64,000 nucleotides of DNA from a virus. Lineage: Duplodnaviria > Caudoviricetes. This document shows positions 16,690 through 23,322 of this stretch, one piece after another. Position 1 is the first letter of the stretch; each line of letters begins with the position of its first letter. Below the pieces are notes generated by a model. The model was given only the letters and a program-made list of their open reading frames with translations, did not search any database and was not told the DNA's origin. A program made the position numbers and the translations under genes. The stretch is taken from positions 11,518 through 75,517 of IMG/VR virus record IMGVR_UViG_3300037424_000993. One strand, 5' to 3'.

Positions 16690-16845
16690 CGCTCTCCCCA
16701 CTGCCGCACAGGCAGCTTAGAAATGCTGGGTGTTGTTTTCACTCACTGCCGAATAGGCAGCTAGCAGTAGCGGGCCCGGATGGGCCCCGACCGACTTGAT
16801 ACTACAGTCGCTATTGAGCCCCCTTGGGGGCGGAAAGGAACGAGA

Positions 16846-17184
16846 ATGATTGACCAGCTTCAAGCCCGCATCCAATACTACCGCGATCTTGGCGCGCGAT
16901 ACTCTGCCCGCACGACCGGGCTGTCTGAGATCGCGCTCCGTGAGAGAGACCACGTGTTCGTGCGTGCCTCTGGTCGCCGGGGCGCCGCGTCGAGAATCTT
17001 GGACGCAGCTGCTGCGGCCGACGAACCGTTGCGCACCGGCATGATCGAAGCCGCTCGGATCGTCCTGGACTCTATCGACGAGCTCGGGATGCAGGACGGT
17101 TTACCATCCCAGGAAACGCTGGATCGCGAAACCGCGGCCGCTCAGCGGGTACTGACGAAGGCGTCAGGATATGTCGAGGACTGA
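16846..17184 (+). CDS. hypothetical protein (cassette 5)
   Basis: ATG 30 nt after the repeat start, AAGGA RBS. Confidence 0.55.
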   Translation: MIDQLQARIQYYRDLGARYSARTTGLSEIALRERDHVFVRASGRRGAASRILDAAAAADEPLRTGMIEAARIVLDSIDELGMQDGLPSQETLDRETAAAQRVLTKASGYVED

Positions 17185-17251
17185 GCTCCCGCTCCATCCT
17201 GGCCGTCGCCAGGCCCATTGCCCCGGAAGGGCCCAGAAAGGACGAACCACG

Positions 17252-17527
17252 ATGAGCAAACATTTGGAGCGAGCAGTGGAATTAGGCGTAGAGGCCCAGT
17301 TCCACGCCGCGCTAAAGTGGACCGACGAAATGGCCCGCACTGCGCAGGGAAAACCTTGCCAACTTTGCGCGCTTACGAGGGTCCGCAATAGCGCAGACAC
17401 TCTTGCGGTGGTCGTCGGCTTCGGCGCAGACGGTGGCGGTCAAGCAACCCTGCTGGCTGTGTGCGCGACGTGCGCGCGCGGCCACAACGTTGTGGCGCGC
17501 CAAGCAGTCGGCGCGGTGGAATTGTGA
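17252..17527 (+). CDS. hypothetical protein with CxxC pairs
   Basis: AAGGA RBS; CQLC...CATC. Confidence 0.5.
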   Translation: MSKHLERAVELGVEAQFHAALKWTDEMARTAQGKPCQLCALTRVRNSADTLAVVVGFGADGGGQATLLAVCATCARGHNVVARQAVGAVEL

Positions 17528-17555
17528 TGCGCGGCCCCTGGTACCTCACCTGCCC

Positions 17556-17597
17556 AACAAAATGACGAAAGCCCCCGAGCCGCTGGGGCAGGGGGGC
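17556..17597 (-). terminator. putative terminator at the end of the late operon
   Basis: Minus strand GCCCCC...GGGGGC stem followed by TTTCGTCATTTTGTT, at the convergence of early and late units. Confidence 0.5.
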
Positions 17598-17629
17598 GAG
17601 AGAGCTGGGTAATTAATGTGAGTGGTATA

Positions 17630-17710
17630 CTACCGTCCACCCCACGTCAGCGCGACACCGAACACTATCGCAACGATGAGCCCGCTCAGCAGCACGTCGT
17701 CGACTATCAT
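17630..17710 (-). CDS. 26-aa single-TM micro-protein
   Basis: MIVDDVLLSGLIVAIVFGVALTWGGR; ATGA overlap with the upstream stop. Confidence 0.55.
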   Translation of the reverse strand: MIVDDVLLSGLIVAIVFGVALTWGGR

Positions 17711-17793
17711 CGTCGTATCCGCAACGTCATTGCCAGCAAAGCCAACGGAAACGCGATCAACACACACCGCGCCCAGAAATCGAACTCGCTCAC
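17707..17793 (-). CDS. 28-aa single-TM micro-protein
   Basis: MSEFDFWARCVLIAFPLALLAMTLRIRR; GTGA overlap with the upstream stop. Confidence 0.55.
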   Translation of the reverse strand: MSEFDFWARCVLIAFPLALLAMTLRIRR

Positions 17794-18338
17794 TGTCTCA
17801 CCTGCCACCAGTGCCGGCCTCTCTTGAGCGCCCACCCCTTGCCGAGGTGTGGCGAGTTGTGCTGCGGGTTGCAGCTGTGCCCGGTGCCGTAGCCAGCGAA
17901 TACGGCGCCCATGGCCCACGCTGACGGCTCTGGTCGGTAGTAGAGACAGCGCTCCCAGTGCTGCGCCAGGTGCTCATAGACGGCCCTGACGCATGCCCGC
18001 GTAGCCTCCAGCGACGTGCCGATTAGGGACTCGTCGCCGTGCCGTATTTGGCCCAAGCAGACGCTCTGGCCGCGGTCCCCACGTCGACTTCCGTCGTGGA
18101 CCTCAAGCCTCCACCGTCCTGACTCGTGGCGCGTCACAACGTAGCCCGCCCAGGCGCGATCCGCAGCCGACCAGCCCCAGCCGTCCTCTAACTCGATAGC
18201 CTCGACGGCCAGCGCTGTCGCGATCGTCTCGTAACGCTGTTGGCGCTCGCAGGGCGACTCAGGGTCTTCACCTGGCGGATACCAGGGGCCAGAGGCTGCA
18301 AGCGCCGTCGCGAGTATTGCGGCGGCTAATTCTGACAT
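17790..18338 (-). CDS. putative lytic transglycosylase/lysozyme-like protein with signal peptide
   Basis: Hydrophobic N-terminus; VTRHESG (candidate catalytic Glu) and GDRGQSVCLGQI motifs. Confidence 0.5.
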   Translation of the reverse strand: MSELAAAILATALAASGPWYPPGEDPESPCERQQRYETIATALAVEAIELEDGWGWSAADRAWAGYVVTRHESGRWRLEVHDGSRRGDRGQSVCLGQIRHGDESLIGTSLEATRACVRAVYEHLAQHWERCLYYRPEPSAWAMGAVFAGYGTGHSCNPQHNSPHLGKGWALKRGRHWWQVRQ

Positions 18339-18345
18339 AGGTAAG

Positions 18346-18828
18346 CTATAACGGGTTGATGCCCCGTGGCAGAGGCTTCACTTCGACGTCGACTTTCGAC
18401 ACCGGCGGAGTCTGCGACTGACTGATCACCTTGCGTCCCTGGTCGACGCCTGGGAGCTTGACCTCGCCGTTGGGATGCGTTGACCATGCCGAGCCCGTCG
18501 CTTCGCGGAATGACTCGCACGCCTCGAGGTGCTGTCGGTGCGTGTCGATTAGCTCGTTCAACTTCGCGCGCGTCGCGGCGTTCTCATCGGCGATTCGCTC
18601 AATCTCTTTTGTTGGACGCAGGTCCTTGATGATCGTCGAACACGCTACGCCGAAACCGCCGATCACTGGCAGCACGGCGCACACGAGCCCGAACCATTTG
18701 AGCATCGTCTTGCTCGGCTCCCACAGCTTTGAGCGCCGAAAATTGGGAATGGGCGCTTCGCCCTGCAACGACTCGGGCGGCAGCGTCGTGCCGAGCTTCG
18801 CCCCCAGCACAACTTTTCTGCCAGGCAT
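18346..18828 (-). CDS. single-TM protein with coiled coil (lysis cassette, i-spanin-like topology)
   Basis: WFGLVCAVLPVIGGFGVACS TM followed by heptads. Confidence 0.5.
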   Translation of the reverse strand: MPGRKVVLGAKLGTTLPPESLQGEAPIPNFRRSKLWEPSKTMLKWFGLVCAVLPVIGGFGVACSTIIKDLRPTKEIERIADENAATRAKLNELIDTHRQHLEACESFREATGSAWSTHPNGEVKLPGVDQGRKVISQSQTPPVSKVDVEVKPLPRGINPL

Positions 18829-18831
18829 ACG

Positions 18832-19206
18832 CTATCTCGTAGGAGGCTCTGACGCGCGCCCCTCCAGCGCCTCTACACGCAGCCGCAGAGCACTGTGGTC
18901 TTCGCGCAGCGCACGATGGTCTTCTCGTAGTCTCTCGATTGCCAGCTTCTGACGGACCTGCTCTTCGTTGAGCCGCACCTGACGCTGCTGTATCTCGAGC
19001 GCCATCGTCGTGATGTTCGAGAGCCTGGATTTCACCGACCGCTCGACATTTTCGATCGAGCCGCGCAGGCTTGTCAGTCCACCGTCGACCATGAGCGATA
19101 ACTGAGCAACCTCGCTCAGTACGTCCCCGATATCTGGCAGCGGCTTCTCGGTGCGTGGCACAGTTGGGCTCTCGTTGAGTTTCAGCTTCTCGCTGTCGTC
19201 CACCAC
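18832..19206 (-). CDS. coiled-coil hypothetical protein
   Basis: LREDHRALREDHSALRLRVEAL heptads. Confidence 0.6.
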   Translation of the reverse strand: MVDDSEKLKLNESPTVPRTEKPLPDIGDVLSEVAQLSLMVDGGLTSLRGSIENVERSVKSRLSNITTMALEIQQRQVRLNEEQVRQKLAIERLREDHRALREDHSALRLRVEALEGRASEPPTR

Positions 19207-20510
19207 TCTGCCTCCGCTTGCTCCATCGTGAGCGTGACTAGTGTTTCCACGTGCCGGCGATCGGCGTCTGTGATCTCGGGAGCCGCTGGCTCGTCGACTG
19301 GCGGCTGTTCCTGCTCTTGCTCCGGCTGCGGGTAGCTCACGAAACCAAGTAGCCGCGGATGGTCGTATTCAGTACGTTGCACACGCCACGCGCCGCCGGG
19401 GCCTTCGTTGGCGCCTATGTTTTCGTAGTCGGCCGCGCCGACATCAGAGACGCGGTCAACGTGGCCCCACCATGACGTTTCGGGGCGCCCCGGCTGGCTG
19501 CGGTCGTAGATTGCCAGGTCTCCGACTCGAGGCCGCCAGCCCGCTAGCACGCGCTCTCTGGACACCCAAGTGCCCGATTCGACGGCGTCTGCCATCAGCT
19601 CTTTAGCGCCAGCGCGATGCCGGTGGGGCAACGGCTCGTCCGGCTTAGCGCAGGCAAACGCAGCCGCACACTGGGCAGCGGCGCAATGGTTGCCCGAGAA
19701 TTTGGAGCCGAGAAAACCGATCAGTCCGTTGCGTTCGCACTTCTCGAACCATGCCGATTTGGTCGCTGCGCTTGGCGGGTTCTCCCGCATCATCTGACCG
19801 CGACACCACTCGACGGCGAGCTCGCCAACGCCGTTCGGGCGCGTATCGTCGCCCCACGCTGGCGGCGCGGGAGTCGTGTCGCGCACGACATCGACCACGG
19901 GAGCAACCCACAGCCTGGCGGCTTCAACGCCAACGATCATTTGCTGACGCGAGTGCGCAGGTCCGTCAACACCGTCCGCTGCAATCACGTGTAAACCCTG
20001 CTCGTGCACGCTCGATCGGGTATCGTCGCGCTTCAGACCCAGCCGCGCCAGCAGATGGTTCGCCGTGGCTCGCGTCGACTCGTACGGCGGCACAATCTGT
20101 GAGTGCGTGAGAACGAACACTTTCCGCCCAGCCAACGCCTCTTTTGCGTAGACGGTAGGACCCGCAAGACCTTCTGCGTTGTCGGCGCTAGCATGCAGTC
20201 CGTCGACAAGCATCACCGCTGCGCACCGCCGTCGAGCATCAGGGTCGCGCAGGTAGTAGCGCACCGCCCAGCAGCCAGCGCTGAACCCCATTAGAATAAC
20301 CGGGGTATCCGGCGCGGTACCGGGGGCGTAGCGCTCGATCAGTCTGTCTAACGTTGGGCACTTTCGAGCTAGACCTTTGCGCTCTGCGTACGCTTCCGAG
20401 AACTCCCCGGCGTAGATGCGCTTGACGCGCGAAACGTCGAGTCCGAAGGCGTCCGCGTACTTCGCTACGGCGTCCGGGTGGGTGTGGATTAGTAGTGCTA
20501 TCGGTTTCAC
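19182..20510 (-). CDS. putative endolysin: alpha/beta hydrolase fused to CHAP-like amidase
   Basis: GFSAG nucleophile elbow, LVDGLH; C-terminal NHCAA (Cys), GDLAIY, WGHVDRV (His), IGANE. Confidence 0.7.
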   Translation of the reverse strand: MKPIALLIHTHPDAVAKYADAFGLDVSRVKRIYAGEFSEAYAERKGLARKCPTLDRLIERYAPGTAPDTPVILMGFSAGCWAVRYYLRDPDARRRCAAVMLVDGLHASADNAEGLAGPTVYAKEALAGRKVFVLTHSQIVPPYESTRATANHLLARLGLKRDDTRSSVHEQGLHVIAADGVDGPAHSRQQMIVGVEAARLWVAPVVDVVRDTTPAPPAWGDDTRPNGVGELAVEWCRGQMMRENPPSAATKSAWFEKCERNGLIGFLGSKFSGNHCAAAQCAAAFACAKPDEPLPHRHRAGAKELMADAVESGTWVSRERVLAGWRPRVGDLAIYDRSQPGRPETSWWGHVDRVSDVGAADYENIGANEGPGGAWRVQRTEYDHPRLLGFVSYPQPEQEQEQPPVDEPAAPEITDADRRHVETLVTLTMEQAEAEWWTTARS

Positions 20511-20705
20511 TCAAGTTCGTCCATTCTCCAAACATGTCTGCCGTCCGAGAAAAAGATCAGACGGCTCGGAAACTCGCGCTTCGCTCTGCGTGCTAGCTCG
20601 ATTGCCAGGCGCCAGGTCGGCGCTCGCCATTCGTTGTGCCACTTGCCTCCGTAGCTGACGGCTGCGACGTAGTAGCCCTCTCCGTTGGCTAGAACACTGC
20701 GCCCC

Positions 20706-21779
20706 TTAGTCAGCGCAGGACGTTGCCCACTCCGCGACTTCGTTCGTGTACCCGACTGGGTTCGCTTTGGTTGGCGCGATCTGTTGTCCCGTGTAGGCAT
20801 AAACACCCGGGAATCCGTTGGCGCAACCAACACCATGCGACACGATTCCGATCCGCAAACCGTCCAGCACCATGGGGCCTCCGCTGTCACCTTGGCACGA
20901 ACCACGACCGACCACGTCGGCGCAGATCATCCTCGGTGTTAGCGTGCCGTAGAAGTCATCGCACTTGGACTGAATTACGATCGGGTTGCTGACTTTGAGC
21001 AGAACCGGCGAGACGGCGCCGCCGCTTGAAGTTCGACCCCATCCCCATTGGCTCACTGTAAGCGGCTTGCCGTCGGGACCAATGACTTCACCCTCGTGTA
21101 ACTCCAGCGACGGAGTGTCCGGAGGCACATCAGGCAACCAAATCAGAGCAACGTCCCAATCGAAGGTTCTTGGGTCGTAACGCTGGAACACGTTGCCATC
21201 TGCGTCCTCGCGACCAGCAAGCATCACGTCCGCAGTCCCTACCTCGTATTCGAGTCCCTCGAGCGTTCGCAGGTCCTTGCGTCCAATCACGGCGCGAAAG
21301 CGACTGTAGACAACCATGCAATGCGCGGCAGTCAACACCCAGCGCCCCCGGTAGAGAGCACCGCCGCAAAAGTGGCCACCCGTTGGGGTCTGCAACGAGA
21401 CCATCCAAGGGGCTTCGTCGGGCAGGGCAGGGGTGCCGCCGACGATGCGCGACTCTGGCAAGGGGCGCTCTACGCGGCCCACTGACGGTCTGACGAAGAC
21501 GCACCGAGCCGCTGGCCCCTCCGGAAGCGTGCCGGCGTCAGGCGGGCTCGTTGGCGGTGCCGGCGCCGTTGTAGCAGTGGATGTTGGTGGCGGCTGCGGC
21601 GGCTGCGGCGCCGTCGGTACCGGAGCAGGCTCGACCGGTACCGGCGTGCAGCTGCTGCAGGTGTAGACTGCGCCAGAAAACGCCACCGCTCCGCTGACAA
21701 CCGAGATTGTCATCAGCCGCTTACGCCCGGCCGGCGTGCCCCCGACGATTCCCAGGAGGGCCAGGAAGGTGACAATCAC
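20706..21779 (-). CDS. S1A chymotrypsin/trypsin-family serine protease with membrane anchor and Pro-rich linker
   Basis: R/IVGG, HFCGGAL, WVLTAAHC, DVALI, GSCQGDSGGP, PGVY. Confidence 0.95.
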   Translation of the reverse strand: MIVTFLALLGIVGGTPAGRKRLMTISVVSGAVAFSGAVYTCSSCTPVPVEPAPVPTAPQPPQPPPTSTATTAPAPPTSPPDAGTLPEGPAARCVFVRPSVGRVERPLPESRIVGGTPALPDEAPWMVSLQTPTGGHFCGGALYRGRWVLTAAHCMVVYSRFRAVIGRKDLRTLEGLEYEVGTADVMLAGREDADGNVFQRYDPRTFDWDVALIWLPDVPPDTPSLELHEGEVIGPDGKPLTVSQWGWGRTSSGGAVSPVLLKVSNPIVIQSKCDDFYGTLTPRMICADVVGRGSCQGDSGGPMVLDGLRIGIVSHGVGCANGFPGVYAYTGQQIAPTKANPVGYTNEVAEWATSCAD

Positions 21780-22471
21780 AGTAGCTCCGGAACCTCGACC
21801 GGCGACGAGTCACCGACCGCTAGACGACCCGTTGCTGGTGGAACGACGTGCCGGCCCTTGCTGCCCCATCCCAGCTCTTTGAGCAGGCCCGCCACTTCGC
21901 GCACGAGCTCGGCGCCCGAGTTGTAGGTCTCTTTGCCTTGGTCGACGGCTGCATCGCCTTGGCGAGCCAGCGTTTCCGCCTGTGACAAGAACTCCGACGA
22001 TCGACCCAACAGGTCAGCAATCTTGCTGACAACATCCTGCGGCAGCCCAGGGGCCGCTTCGAGCCAGACGCGAAAGCGCGTGACGGCACGCTGCGCGACC
22101 TGGATGAGCTTAATCAGCGTGTCAGCGCTGACCGGGACAGACCCGAGCAAGCCCGCGCATCCGCTTACCAGCGGTAGACACGCCAAGGACGCCAAACCCG
22201 CCAACGTCGCTCGCTTGACGCTATCCACTCCAGATCTCCCCGTCTTTGGGTCGACCCCAGCAGCGCGCGCGGTCTCGGGACCAACAACGTTGCGTCGCAC
22301 CCACCACGCTGCAACGAGCGGCAGAACAACGGTGGCGACTTGGCTCACGAGATCAACGATGGCCTGACTCTGCTCATCGCTCAGCTTCACGCCGAAACGC
22401 TGCAGCAGCACTAGGATTGCCGCGACCAGGGCGACAAGCGCGCCCGCTTTGATTGCTGGTTCGTTTTTCAT
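21776..22471 (-). CDS. holin-like two-TM protein fused to a lipoprotein-like domain
   Basis: ATG at 22471; TMs GALVALVAAILVLL and VATVVLPLVAAWW; internal KRATLAGLASLACLPLVSGC signal/lipobox. Confidence 0.6.
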   Translation of the reverse strand: MKNEPAIKAGALVALVAAILVLLQRFGVKLSDEQSQAIVDLVSQVATVVLPLVAAWWVRRNVVGPETARAAGVDPKTGRSGVDSVKRATLAGLASLACLPLVSGCAGLLGSVPVSADTLIKLIQVAQRAVTRFRVWLEAAPGLPQDVVSKIADLLGRSSEFLSQAETLARQGDAAVDQGKETYNSGAELVREVAGLLKELGWGSKGRHVVPPATGRLAVGDSSPVEVPELL

Positions 22472-22581
22472 TGTGCTTCTCCGTGTTTGCCCGCACCCCA
22501 GCAGAGAACGCACCGATTCCGTCACACGGAGGGACAGGGCCAGTGCGCTCGCTGCTGGGGTTTGGGGTGTAGATGTTTGGG

Positions 22582-23019
22582 CTACGAAATCGTGCCGGTG
22601 AGTTCGCCCGCTTGGAACCGCGGCTGGATGCCATTGCTCACAGCGAGCGAGGAGTCGAGCGCTCCCGCAAACAGGATGACTCCCGCGCCGGAAGCGAGCG
22701 TACCAATCGAGAAATGCGTGAGCGTTTCCGAGCCACCACTCGCCTCCGGGAACAGGTTTTCTGCCGCATTCTCGAATCCGCCAGTCCCATCGGCAGCCAG
22801 TGTCCACTGGTCCGAGTCGCGGTCTACCTGCAGGCGCGCGTAGCTCGGGTACGCGGCTTCGCTCGTCGTCTGATCTCCCGCCTCTGGATCTGCGGTGTGC
22901 AGCGCCAGGTAAAGCGATTCGAGCGGGGTTGTCGCGTCGTTTTCCGCGAGATCTGCAATTGCTGTCCCGTGCAGAAGCAGCGCCGCAACGCTGTCTGCCA
23001 TGCTGTCGCCAAAGCCCAT
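22582..23019 (-). CDS. virion tail-fibre-associated protein
   Basis: LYLALHTADP...SEAAYPSYAR...FPEASGGSETLTHFSIGT...GELT motif series. Confidence 0.7.
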   Translation of the reverse strand: MGFGDSMADSVAALLLHGTAIADLAENDATTPLESLYLALHTADPEAGDQTTSEAAYPSYARLQVDRDSDQWTLAADGTGGFENAAENLFPEASGGSETLTHFSIGTLASGAGVILFAGALDSSLAVSNGIQPRFQAGELTGTIS

Positions 23020-23034
23020 GTGAGTATCTCCTGT

Positions 23035-23322
23035 TCAACTCGGCGCGCAGACCCGTATGCGAATCGCGCGCTCGTAACTACGTCCTTCAGACGTGGTGAT
23101 TCTGTTCGATGCCAAATACACGTTCTCTGGCAAACCGCCACCCAGCGTGATGGCGGTAGCCGTCGTCCCCTGATCGGTGGCGACCTCGGTGATCCCAGAG
23201 TCCACGACCCACTCCGATGTCACGATCGTCTCATCCGCTTCAAGCAGTCGAGAGTACGAAATCGGATAGTCCAGCTCTTCCCAGGGCGTCTTGACGAATG
23301 TCTTGATGACTTTGCAGCTCAT
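23035..23322 (-). CDS. fibre-tail adaptor-like protein (95 aa)
   Basis: KTPWEELDYPISY...NRITTSEGRSYERAIRIRV. Confidence 0.65.
   Translation of the reverse strand: MSCKVIKTFVKTPWEELDYPISYSRLLEADETIVTSEWVVDSGITEVATDQGTTATAITLGGGLPENVYLASNRITTSEGRSYERAIRIRVCAPS

Larger units (their letters stand above)
14389..16837 (+). repeat. five dispersed copies of GAGCCCCCTTGGGGGCG[G/T]AAA, each upstream of a start codon
   Basis: Copies start at 14389, 15179, 16010, 16399 and 16816; ATGs at 14422, 15215, 16042, 16435 and 16846. Confidence 0.95.

Noticed and set aside
14389-16837. CRISPR array or integron attC cassettes
   Set aside because: Spacing is 389-831 bp with whole genes between copies, there are no cas genes, there are no RYYYAAC/GTTRRRY ends and no integron integrase is adjacent
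17618-17924. Plus-strand ORFs after a TGG-TATACT extended -10-like motif
   Set aside because: They are low-complexity and overlap the better-supported minus-strand micro-ORFs; an antisense transcript cannot be excluded but is unsupported
20507-20705. Small ORF between the protease and the hydrolase (ANGEGYYVAAVSYGGKW...)
   Set aside because: The stop overlaps the next start, which is suggestive, but no convincing in-frame start or RBS lies outside the protease gene; left uncalled
22472-23038. N-terminal 190 aa of the 420-aa ORF 21776-23038
   Set aside because: It overlaps the genuine 22582-23019 gene in another frame; the real start is probably ATG 22471 with a GGAG RBS
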